Assembly (NCBI GenBank): GCA_963751405.1
Contig: CAVVUJ010000034.1
Span: 21,957 to 85,956 of the forward strand
Source of the DNA: an uncultured beta proteobacterium
GTDB taxonomy: Bacteria; Pseudomonadota; Gammaproteobacteria; Burkholderiales; Casimicrobiaceae
DNA length: 64,000 bases
Direction: 5' to 3'
The first letter of the stretch is position 1; every line of letters starts with the position of its first letter. This document shows positions 55,399-63,782 of the stretch, piece by piece. The translations under genes and the position numbers were made by a program. The notes beneath the pieces were generated by a model. That model ran no database searches. It saw only the letters and a list, made by a program, of their open reading frames with translations, and had not been told where the DNA came from.

Positions 55399-57202
55399 TT
55401 ACTGCGATTCGCGCGGCCGGCTCCACCCCTCTCCCGCGAACTGCAGCGCGGCCAGCCGCGCATAAAGCGGACTGTCGGCCAGCAGCTCGTCGTGCGTGCC
55501 CACGGCCACGATGCGGCCGCGTTCCATCACGGCGATCCGGTCCGCGTGCCGGACGGTGGCGAGCCGATGCGCGATGATCAGCACGGTGCGCCCGGCCATC
55601 AGCCGCTCGAGCGCAAGCTGGACCACGCGCTCGCTCTCGGCGTCCAGCGCGCTCGTCGCCTCGTCCAGCAGCAGGATCGGACGATCGGCGAGGATCGCGC
55701 GCGCGATCGCGAGCCGCTGCCGCTGGCCGCCGGACAGTCGCACGCCGCGCTCGCCGAGATTGCTGGCGTACCCCTGCGGCAGCTGCGCGATGAATTCGGC
55801 GGCGAACGCGGCTTCGCACGCGGCGCGCACCTCGGCTTCGCCGGCTTCCGGCCGTCCGTAGCGGACGTTTTCGAGGACGCTCGTCGCGAAGATGACCGGG
55901 ATCCTGCGGCACGACCGCGAGGCGGGCGCGCACGTCCCGCGGATCCGCGTCGCGCACGTCGACGCCGTCGATGCGCACGGCGCCCGCCTGCGGATCGTAG
56001 AAGCGCAGCAGCAGCTGGAACACCGTCGTCTTGCCCGCGCCCGACGGGCCGACCAGCGCGACGTTCTCGCCGGCGGCCACCTGGAGCGTGAAGTCGTCGA
56101 GCGCCGCGGCGTCGGGCCGCGAGGGATAGCGGAAGACCACGCGGTCGAAGGCGAGCGTTCCCTTCGCCGGCGCCGGCAACGCGACCGGATGCTCCGGCGC
56201 GCGGATCGCGGGAGCGACGGCCAGCAGCTCGAACAGCCGCTCGGTGGCCCCCGCCGCGCGCTGCAGGTCGCCGACCACCTCGCTGATCGTGCCGACCGCG
56301 CCGGCGACGATCGCCGCGTAGAACACGAACGCCGAGAGCTGCCCGGCGCTGAGCTTGCCGGCGACGACGTCGTGCCCGCCGATCCAGAGAATGACGCCGA
56401 CCGCGCCGAAGACGAGCAGGATCACCGACGCCACCAGCAGCGCGCGCTGCCGGATCCGCGCCACGCCGGCGGCGAACGCCGCTTCCACGTGCGCGCCGAA
56501 CCGCCGCCGGTCCTCCGGCTCGTGGCCATAGGCCTGGACGGTGCGCACCTCGTGCAGCGCCTCGTCCACGTACGCGCCGACATCGCCTACGCGGTCCTGG
56601 CTCGCCCGCGCGAGCCGGCGCACGCGACGCCCGAAGAGGATGATCGGGACGACCACCACCGGCACCCCCGCGAGCACGAGCAGCGTCAGCTTCGCGCTGG
56701 TGATCGCCAGCATCGTGAGTCCGCCGGCCAGCAGCAGCAGGTTGCGGATCGCCATCGACGCGCTGGAGCCGATGACGGTCTCCAGCATCGCCGTGTCGTT
56801 GATCAGCCGCGAGATCACGTCGCCGGTGCGCATCACCTCGTAGAATCCGGGAGGCAGCCCGAGCAGATGGTCGAACACCGCGCGGCGCAGATCCGCGGTG
56901 ACGCGCTCGCCGATCCAGGACACGAAGTAGAACCGGGTGTACGTCGCGCCGGCCATCACGACGACGACGCCGAGCATCAGCGCCAGCGTGCGGTTGAGCT
57001 CGCCCGCGTCGCCGGTGCCAAAGCCGCGGTCGACGACGCCCTTCAGGCCCTGCCCGACCGCAAGCACGGCGGCCGCCGCGACGACGAGCGCGATCGCCGC
57101 GCAGATCACCTGCCGCCGGTACGGCCGGACGAACGCGCCGACGCGGGCGAGCGTCTTCAGCGCGGTGACGGGTGGAATCGGCGGCGCGGCTTCCGGAGTC
57201 AT
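55399..57202 (-). pseudogene. ABC transporter permease/ATP-binding protein (ABCB/MsbA-like exporter); one frameshift as assembled
   Basis: The TMD and Walker A region lie in the frame of ORF 53330-57346, from [11 protein letters not shown] (ATG 57202): six TM helices, [28 protein letters not shown]. The remainder is in ORF 55399-55830 ([37 protein letters not shown]). The join is at caggatcccggtcatc (~55895-55900). The apparent fusion with uvrB is an artefact of a missing in-frame stop. Confidence 0.85.
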
Positions 57203-57348
57203 GGCGGCGGTTCGGGTCGATGCACGCGGCGCGGGGCCGCGCGCGGGCGGAGGCCGCACGTTAGCCCTCGCGGCGGGCCTTGTCGATAGCGCCGGCTCGC
57301 GCCCGCGCAAGGTACAATATCCGCCACTCCCGCCGCCGGCTTCCACAC

Positions 57349-58567
57349 ATGAACGCTCCCGTCCCCGCTTCGCTCCTGTCCACGGTCGAGCTTGCGCCCC
57401 GCGACCCCATTCTCGGCATCACCGAGGCGTACAACGCCGACCCGAACCCGCGCAAGGTCAACCTCGGCGTCGGCGTCTACTGCGACGAGTCCGGCAAAGT
57501 GCCGCTGCTCGAGTGCGTGAAACGCGCCGAGCGCGAGTTGACGGACCTCGCGGCGCCCCGCTCGTACCTGCCGATCGACGGCATTCCGGCGTACGACCGC
57601 GAGGCGCGCGCGCTGATCTTCGGCGCCGGCGCCGCGGCGATCGCCGAGGGCCGCGTCGTGACGGTGCAGACGCTGGGCGGCACCGGCGCGCTCAAGGTCG
57701 GCGCCGATTTCCTGCGCCGCTTCGCGCCGGGCGCGCAGGTGTGGATCAGCGACCCCAGCTGGGAGAACCATCGCGCGCTGTTCGAAGGCGCGGGGTTTGC
57801 GGTCGGCACGTACCCCTATTACGACGCGAACACCCGCGGCCTCGACTTCGCCGGCATGATCGCCGCGCTGGAGAGCCTCGCGCCGGGATCCATCGTCGTG
57901 CTGCACGCGTGCTGCCACAATCCGACGGGCGTCGATCCGACCCCCGCGCAGTGGACGCGCATCATCGACGTCGTCCGCGCGCGCGGGCTCGTGCCCATCC
58001 TGGACCTCGCCTACCAGGGCTTCGGCGAAGGCATCGACGCCGACGCCGCCGTCGTGCGCAGCTTCACGGCGACGCCCGGCCCGCTGCTCGTGACGAGCTC
58101 GTTCTCCAAGTCCTTCTCCCTTTACGGCGAGCGCGTCGGCGCGCTGTCCGTGGTCACGGCCGACAAGGACGAGGCCGCGCGCGTGCTGTCGCAGCTGAAG
58201 CGGCTCATCCGCGCCAATTACTCGAACCCGCCCACGCACGGCGGGCCAGATCGTAACCACCGTGCTGTGCTCACCGGAGCTCCGCGCGCTGTGGGAGGCG
58301 GAGCTCGCCACGATGCGCAACCGCATCAAGCTGATGCGGGCGATGCTCGTCGAACGGCTGCACGAGCGCATTCCCGGCGCCGACTTCCGCTTCATCCTGG
58401 CGCAGCGCGGAATGTTCTCCTATTCCAACCTGACCAAGGCGCAGGTGCAGACGCTGCGCGAGGAGTTCTCGATCTACGCGATCGACACCGGGCGCGTCTG
58501 CGTCGCGGCGCTCAACTCGCGCAACGTCGACGACATCGCGGCGGCGGTGGCGAACGTGATCCGCTGA
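57349..58567 (+). pseudogene. Aromatic/aspartate amino acid aminotransferase (AspC/TyrB class I); one frameshift as assembled
   Basis: [54 protein letters not shown]...LLVTSSFSKSFSLYGERVGAL...YSNPPTHGG is in the frame of ORF 57280-58698. ORF 58262-58567 continues VLCSPELRALWEAELATMRNRIKLMR...GMFSYSNLTKAQV...YAIDTGRVCVAAL. The join is at gcgggccagatc (~58241-58250). Confidence 0.88.
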
Positions 58568-58688
58568 GGACCGGCGGCGCCACGACACCGCGGATGCGCC
58601 CGGCACGCCCCCCTTCCGTGGAGGTCGGCTGCCACGGCGCGCGTTTTGACAGCAGGGGACTTTCCGCTATAATTATCGTTTACCCAGC

Positions 58689-58764
58689 GCGGGAATAGCT
58701 CAGTTGGTAGAGCGCAACCTTGCCAAGGTTGAGGTCGGGAGTTCGAGACTCCTTTCCCGCTCCA
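58689..58764 (+). tRNA. tRNA-Gly (anticodon GCC)
   Basis: GCGGGAATAGCTCAGTTGGTAGAGCGCAACCTTGCCAAGGTTGAGGTCGGGAGTTCGAGACTCCTTTCCCGCTCCA. The cloverleaf folds by hand: acceptor GCGGGAA/TTCCCGC, D stem GCTC/GAGC, anticodon stem CAACC/GGTTG with loop TTGCCAA, and T stem GGGAG/CTCCT. CCA is encoded. Confidence 0.95.
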
Positions 58765-58773
58765 GTTTCCCGA

Positions 58774-58802
58774 GGGAGAGCGCCAGGCTCTCCCTTTTCG
58801 TT
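58774..58802 (+). terminator. Hairpin plus T-run after tRNA-Gly
   Basis: GGGAGAGC-gccag-GCTCTCCC followed by TTTTCGTTT. Confidence 0.6.
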
Positions 58803-58839
58803 TGCCCGACCCTGCGCGCATGCGCGGGTCGCTCCCCCG

Positions 58840-58913
58840 GGCGGGGTGGCAGAGTGGTCATGCAGCGGCCTGCAAAGCCGTCTACGCCGGTTCGATTCCG
58901 ACCCCCGCCTCCA
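58840..58913 (+). tRNA. tRNA-Cys (anticodon GCA)
   Basis: GGCGGGGTGGCAGAGTGGTCATGCAGCGGCCTGCAAAGCCGTCTACGCCGGTTCGATTCCGACCCCCGCCTCCA. It has acceptor GGCGGGG/CCCCGCC, anticodon stem GCGGC/GCCGT with loop CTGCAAA, discriminator U73, and encoded CCA. The T stem GCCGG/CCGAC has one C-A mismatch. Confidence 0.9.
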
Positions 58914-58929
58914 ACAGCCACTATGAAAA

Positions 58930-58951
58930 CCCGCCGCGCGCGGCTTTTTTC
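58930..58951 (+). terminator. Intrinsic terminator after tRNA-Cys
   Basis: GCCGCGCGCGGC palindrome (58933-58944) followed by TTTTTT. It is nested inside a 9-bp inverted repeat ACTATGAAA / TTTCATAGT (58920-58928 / 58958-58966). Confidence 0.7.
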
Positions 58952-59029
58952 TTGCGCTTTCATAGTACATGCCCGTCTACCGGGGTCCTTGCGTGATCAC
59001 CCGTAGCGAACTATCCTTGTGGCAAGGGC

Positions 59030-59091
59030 GCGCCTTTACCACTTGTTACCACCGTCGGTTCCGCAAAATTCCGGAAAAGTGGTAAAGGCGC
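59030..59091 (+). promoter_or_regulatory. Perfect 15-bp inverted repeat upstream of the integrase start
   Basis: GCGCCTTTACCACTT (59030-59044), then a 32-nt spacer, then AAGTGGTAAAGGCGC (59077-59091). It ends 30 nt before the int ATG. Confidence 0.5.
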
Positions 59092-59121
59092 ACTATGCGG
59101 AGCTCTACGCAAGGGGCCGCG

Positions 59122-60412
59122 ATGCCGATCTACCTACTTACCGATAAGCACATTCGAAACGCCAAGCCGCAGGAGAAAGCCTACCGGCTCGCCGATGGTA
59201 ACAACCTCTACCTGTTGGTCTCGCCCACCGGTACGCGTAGCTGGCAGTTGCGTTACACACTCGATGGAAAGCCGCAGACGGCAACGCTTGGAAAGTATCC
59301 CGGCGTCACACTCGAGGCGGCACGTAAGGAAGCCGAAGAGAAGCGCAAATTGGCAAATGCCGGCGTGCACGTAACGACCGCTAAGCGTGTGGATCGAGCA
59401 CTCAAATCGGCCGCCAAGGCACAAACCTTCAAGGCGGTGGCAACCCGGTGGGCAACCGCCGAGGCAAGGCGCAAGGCCTGGTCCGACGACTATATCGAAG
59501 AGGTAAACCAAAGCCTCCGCAATCACTTGAGCGCGCTCGACGACCTCCCGTGTCGTCGATCATCGCCGCGATCACCTCTCCATCCTTCACGCCGTCGAGA
59601 TTGCCGCACCCGCGATGGAGGAAAAAGTTGCGCGCCGGCTCAATGCCATCATGGATTACGCGGTCGAGATTGGGGCACTCGTGCAAAATCCCCTCCCCCG
59701 CCGTCGACGCAGCAAGAAGGACCGCAAGCATTTCCCCGCGGTCACCGACTTACCCACGATTGGCGAAATCTTACGTGCTGCTCGCGCTGCCGATCCGTGC
59801 AAAGGAATCCAGCGCGCACATATCTTGTTGGTATTTACCGCGCAGCGTGTCTCGGAAGTGGTCGGAGCGCGTTGGGACGAGTTTGCTTTGGATGGTGTTA
59901 CCTCTACCCTTGGCGCCGGCCGCGGGACACGCGTCGACCCGGCGATCGCCAACTGGACGATCCCACGCGCCCGAATGAAGAAGAAGGACAAGGAGCGCGG
60001 TCCACACATCGTGCCGTTGCCGCCACAGCTGATCGGCCTGCTCCGGCAATGGCGTGAGGAAGATCGCGGAGTTACCGAGTTTGTCTGCCCTGCCCCTCGC
60101 GACCCAAAGCGCTCGATAACACCGGAAGCCTGCGAGAAATTCTATCGAGACGTCCTGAACCTGGCTGGACGACACTCGCCCCATTCGTGGCGCTCCGCAT
60201 TTTCTACGGTTTGTCGCGACAAGGGCAAAGACGCCGACGCCGTGGAGTCGCAGCTAGACCACGTCGTCGGAAACAAGGTCGCGTCCGCGTATGATCGTGC
60301 GCAACGAATTGAAATACGGCGTGAGCTGGTTACGTGGTATGCGGCGACCCTGATCGCAGCGCGCGACGGCGCGACCGTCGCCCAATTGAGGACCAAAGTG
60401 CCCCAATCGTGA
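59122..60412 (+). pseudogene. int: Tyrosine-type site-specific integrase, P4/DUF4102 class; frame broken twice as assembled
   Basis: The N-terminal DUF4102 arm-binding domain is in ORF 59095-60057 (MPIYLLTDKHIRNAKPQEKAYRLADGNNLYLLVSPTGTRSWQLRYTLDGKPQTATLGKYPGVTLEAARKEAEE). Frame 0 covers a short stretch (PVSSIIAAITSP). The catalytic domain is in ORF 59615-60412 (LLVFTAQRVSEVVGARWDEF, HIVPLPPQL, HSWRSAFSTVCRD, SQLDHVVGNKVASAYDRA = the R...HxxR...Y set). Missing bases lie at ~59550 and ~59582. Confidence 0.88.
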
Positions 60413-61156
60413 TTTGGCGAACGATGAGTTCGCCGCATGCAACTTCAGACAATCGGTACAAGAGCCATCGCTTCGCCGCTGAATTCACATCGTCGGCAAC
60501 AAAGCCTCGGCAGCGCATTCCGCGCAATCGCCTCGCCCCGCTGGCGCGACAACGATCTGGAAATGGGCGACGCCTCTCGAAGCGCGAGACGTTGCAATTG
60601 CGACAAACGTGCCAAACATGCCGATGCATAGCGGCAGGTGCGCCAAATGGCTTGTCCCATTCCCTCGCACCATAGCGGCATTAGCGCACGTTGAGGGCCT
60701 TTGCGGTACCCATTCTGAACTTCGTCTGCCCTGCGGTCGCCGCATCTACGGAACGAGCCGGCCAACGGAAACAACGCCAAGGCCGGCACCAGCGCGAACC
60801 GTAGGCACGAAGGTTGCTTCGGGCGCATGGTGCGGCGTACTTGCGGCGCGGCGTGGGCTGACGAGAACGCGTCGTTCGGAACGAGCCTCGTTGCCGTCCC
60901 CGTCAGTGTGATCGGTCTATCCGCGGCTAATTGAACCGCCAACCCGGGTCGCCGCGGTCCCGAAACATTGAACGCGCCGGGCCCAGTTTGCCGCGGACGA
61001 TCAAAATTTCCGACATGCGCGTAACGGAGATCTCAGGTCGTGGTCAATTTGTTCGAACGAGTTGAATTCCGCGCGGCTGGTCGTGCTTAATGGCTACTGA
61101 ATGTGGCACCGGGTGCACATGGACTGCAGACGGCTGGCGATAATGGAGTAGCCCTC

Positions 61157-62043
61157 ATGGTGCAACGTACTAAGGAGTTCCTTGAAGCGAGATTTCTCCA
61201 CGTTGAGAGCATTTGATCGTAGATTTCATCGATACAACGGTCGGCAGCGACCTTGAAAGGCTATTTGGCAACTGGTGGGCGTACCTTGACCAAGAGCGTT
61301 CGCGTGAAAATAACGTCACCGGTCCGCTGCATCTTGTTTCGTTGGATCGACCAATCCATGCCCTTGCGCGACGGGCGGTTGTTTTCAACGATCCATCTAT
61401 TCTCAATCAAACGGAAGTCTCCCACTATGCGATCGTGTTGCGCTACCACGATGCCCTGCTTCTGCTTTGCGATCTGGCCTACGCAGCCATGCAGGCCGGC
61501 AAGATAACCCCGCGCGATGACCGACTTGGAGCGCCCGTTAGGTTCCCGCAGGCGCCGGATTTCAAGTCTTGGGGACGTTTGCGCCGTGCGGTGCGAACCC
61601 ACGATCTGATTACCGCGACTGAACTGTTATCGGAGCCATTTGCAACGTTGACAGACCCTCTCTTCCCATCGCTAATGATCAGTGTTGCTGAGTTCTCGAC
61701 ATGGGCCGTGGCGGAGGGCCTCGCCACAACCGGAGAAATTGCAAGGCTACTCGCCAGCGACACGACGGGCGCTGCCGAATCCCTCAACAACCGCCAGGTC
61801 GAGACTCAACAGACCGTGACAAGCGCGCAGTCGTAAGACGAAATCTGGAAGGCAAAAGCCAAACAGTACGCCAACGAAATATACCGCCGCGACAAAGCCA
61901 CTGGGTGCGATCCCAGCAAATCAGAAATCGCAACCCAAATAGCAGCACGCTTCTCCGAGGAAGGAATTAGGGGCACGCGCGCCAGGCTTTCAGTGGAAAC
62001 AATCGTTCGCCACGGACTAAAGGGCTGGCAAAAACCGACCTAA
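61157..62043 (+). pseudogene. Orphan island ORF (~295 codons) with no recognisable domain; one probable frameshift and one in-frame TAA
   Basis: ATG 61157 (GGAG 9 nt upstream) opens MVQRTKEFLEARFLHVESI and stops at 61214-61216. One extra T in the TTT run at 61212-61214 would join it to tracked ORF 61213-61836. After TAA 61834-61836, the same frame stays open for 68 more codons (DEIWKAKAKQYANEIYRRDKATGCDPSKSEIATQIAARFSEEGIRGTRARLSVETIVRHGLKGWQKPT) to TAA 62041-62043. A strong terminator follows directly. Confidence 0.5.
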
Positions 62044-62103
62044 TCGTTCGGCATATCCGGCAATGCCGATTCGGCAGATCGGCAAGAGTAGTCACTCTCT
62101 CGC

Positions 62104-62144
62104 AAACCCGCATGGCTATTGGCTTTGCGGGTTTTTGTTTTTTC
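62104..62144 (+). terminator. Intrinsic terminator after the orphan ORF
   Basis: AAACCCGCA-(13 nt)-TGCGGGTTT followed by TTGTTTTTTC. Confidence 0.8.
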
Positions 62145-62226
62145 TTCCAGGCAGATTTTGCCGCACCCATACTGTCAATAACAAACGGCGATTTTGAAAG
62201 CCGTTTAGCGATGACTGGAGGCGACC

Positions 62227-62442
62227 GTGCAGATGCAGTTGACCCAACCCGAATCCTTGTCCAGACGTGCCGCCCTGGGCGTCACAGAGTTTTGCCGCTG
62301 CCACGGAATTTCTCGCGCGTTGTTCTACCTGCTACTACGTGATGGCACTGGGCCGCGCGTGATGCGTGTTCGCGGTCGAGTCCTAATTTCGTCCGAGGCC
62401 GCACGGGAGTGGCGTGAGCAGATGGAGCACAAGGCTGCGTAA
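62227..62442 (+). CDS. AlpA/excisionase-family small DNA-binding protein
   Basis: 71 aa: MQMQLTQPESLSRRAALGVTEFCRCHGISRALFYLLLRDGTGPRVMRVRGRVLISSEAAREWREQMEHKAA. It has the winged-HTH pattern of prophage/island AlpA-Xis proteins (...ISRSTLYRLI..G.FP.P...G.R...W....V..W). GGAGG lies 6 nt upstream of GTG 62227. A 7-bp hairpin AAACGGC/GCCGTTT sits at 62183-62206. Confidence 0.7.
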   Translation: MQMQLTQPESLSRRAALGVTEFCRCHGISRALFYLLLRDGTGPRVMRVRGRVLISSEAAREWREQMEHKAA

Positions 62443-62595
62443 TGGCCGAATCGCTGAGGTCCACATCTTAGGTCACTTCAAACGTCAGAGTACTTCGCTT
62501 GGCCGGGAGCTGCCAATCAATGATTCAAGTGGAAAGCAACATTTACCCCATACCAGCCTACCGAACTGATCGACATGCCGCATTGGCATGTGATT

Positions 62596-62745
62596 CGTCG
62601 CCAATTTATCCCCACTTGCGGGCGACGTAAAAAAACACCGCTAAAGGGGGTTGCGCGGGCCGAAAGACTCGCGCCCGTGAAAGGAGAATGCTGTGTCTAA
62701 AGTTACGCGTACCAAGCACCACGTGACCTCCTCAGAGGCGGTCGA
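62596..62745 (+). repeat. Leader/N-terminus module, copy A
   Basis: CGTCGCCAATTTATCCCCACTTGCGGGCGACGTAAAAAAACACCGCTAAAGGGGGTTGCGCGGGCCGAAAGACTCGCGCCCGTGAAAGGAGAATGCTGTG... It aligns with copy B (63053-63200) at roughly 75-80% identity by hand alignment. Confidence 0.8.
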
Positions 62746-63088
62746 ACTCGTCGAAAGGGAAATTGAGCAACGCTATGTCGCAGCAATGGACAGGCTGTAT
62801 GACGATGCAATGGAGCAGGATTGCGATTTCATTTTGGCCGACGTGCTGGCCTGGACGCTAGCGCGGGTGCTAACTCATAGTGGTATGAACTCAGATCGTG
62901 TTTTGCAAGAGTTGAACCGCTACGTGCGCAAACTCGCGGAATCCGAATGCGATGGATGCGCGCGATTGGAGGTCCAGCAGGAGCGTGCGGAGGTCGAGGC
63001 CGAGTTGGCCCGGCAGGTAAGCGTCAGCCGCAGTAGGACCGCCACCGGTACGCGTCGCCAATTTAGTCCCAATTGCGGGCGACGTTAA
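62693..63088 (+). CDS. Hypothetical acidic island protein (131 aa)
   Basis: GTG start 7 nt after AAAGGAG. Sequence: MSKVTRTKHHVTSSEAVELVEREIEQRYVAAMDRLYDDAMEQDCDFILADVLAWTLARVL...RRQFSPNCGRR. No family recognised. Its last 36 nt form the 5' end of repeat copy B. Confidence 0.55.
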   Translation: MSKVTRTKHHVTSSEAVELVEREIEQRYVAAMDRLYDDAMEQDCDFILADVLAWTLARVLTHSGMNSDRVLQELNRYVRKLAESECDGCARLEVQQERAEVEAELARQVSVSRSRTATGTRRQFSPNCGRR

Positions 63089-63200
63089 ACAAGACCGCTA
63101 AACGGGGTATGCGCAGGTCGAAAAAGCCGCGCCCATGAAAGGAAATATTGTATGTAAAACCCCGTACAAAGGAAAACGTGACCTCCACGGAGGCCGACAC
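63053..63200 (+). repeat. Leader/N-terminus module, copy B
   Basis: CGTCGCCAATTTAGTCCCAATTGCGGGCGACGTTAAACAAGACCGCTAAACGGGGTATGCGCAGGTCGAAAAAGCCGCGCCCATGAAAGGAAATATTGTATG... It lies 457 nt downstream of copy A in the same orientation. Confidence 0.8.
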
Positions 63201-63571
63201 GCGGGCCGTCTTTTTGCCCGAACCAATTACTAAGTCCGAAAACGAAGACAGGACGAGTGGATTGGCAGCGACAACCACCGATGGAACGATGATCAATTGA
63301 CGGTCGAACAATGGCTAGAAATCCGCAAGGAAGCGGCTCTCAGGATCGATCCTGAGACTGCTGAAGTCGATTGGTGGTATGCACAAGTACTTGACCCTTA
63401 CGACGTATATGGGTGGCGCAGGCGGAAGAATTCTGCGTAGGTAGACACTACTTCGCGTGCGCTCCAGGAAGTGACATTTGGGTCTGTTTCAATGATCTCC
63501 CCGACGAGACAGCTAAAGAACTTTGGAAGATGCATAAGTCCAAGCTAGCGTTTCCCGCAGGGCTCTTCTGA
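63148..63571 (+). pseudogene. Hypothetical island protein (~141 aa) reconstructed across two homopolymer indels
   Basis: TTG 63148 opens MYVKPRTKENVTSTEADTRAVFLPEPITKSENEDRTSGLAATTTDG (frame 1). This joins at GGAAC ~63285 to NDDQLTVEQWLEIRKEAALRIDPETAEVDWWYAQVLDPYDVYG (frame 0). That joins at the GGG run ~63411-63413 to VAQAEEFCVGRHYFACAPGSDIWVCFNDLPDETAKELWKMHKSKLAFPAGLF-TGA (63569-63571). The coherent, protein-like sequence across all three pieces supports one gene. Confidence 0.55.
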
Positions 63572-63698
63572 AAGCGAAGGCCGGGACTGCGACGACCGCC
63601 GATATGCAGCATCGCAATCCCGGCCGCCTCGAATGCCACTTCTCCGCAAGCCAGCCCTCGCTGGATTGGCGACCAGCGGAATTGTCTTAGGAGATCAC

Positions 63699-63782
63699 AT
63701 GCACGACCAACATCACCATTCGCGAGCGATCCTTCGCAATATGCATTGGTTCGTAGCGACCATTGCGAGGGAAAGGCCATGA
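63699..63782 (+). CDS. 27-codon His-rich mini-ORF, translationally coupled to the next gene
   Basis: AGGAGA lies 5 nt upstream of ATG 63699. Product: MHDQHHHSRAILRNMHWFVATIAREGRP. Its TGA overlaps the next ATG (ATGA at 63779-63782). It is too short to be in the ORF track. Confidence 0.3.
   Translation: MHDQHHHSRAILRNMHWFVATIARERP

Noticed and set aside
53330-57346. A single 1338-aa protein.
   Set aside because: It concatenates UvrB (53330-55360) with the N-terminal two thirds of an ABC exporter (to 57202). It exists only because the 38-nt spacer and the frameshifted exporter tail happen to lack an in-frame stop. UvrB has its own conserved start ([13 protein letters not shown]).
60445-60942. 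165-aa minus-strand ORF in the integrase-proximal gap.
   Set aside because: It has an Arg/Cys/Ala-rich, motif-free product and runs opposite to every other island gene. It has no Shine-Dalgarno site and no recognisable family. It is kept only as part of the non-coding-looking region finding.
62443-62595. Direct repeat AGGTC(C)AC ... AGGTCAC after the alpA stop, and a short ORF ending in RRQFIPTCGRRKK.
   Set aside because: The repeat is only 7 nt, so a chance match is plausible. The ORF has no SD site, and its conserved part is better explained as the nucleotide-level repeat module.
62596-63200. Considered whether the duplicated palindrome-containing modules are integron attC sites flanking gene cassettes.
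   Set aside because: There are no RYYYAAC / GTTRRRY core sites, no intI-type integrase, and no attI. The integrase present is P4-type. The modules sit 5' of the genes and include the SD and start codon, unlike attC.
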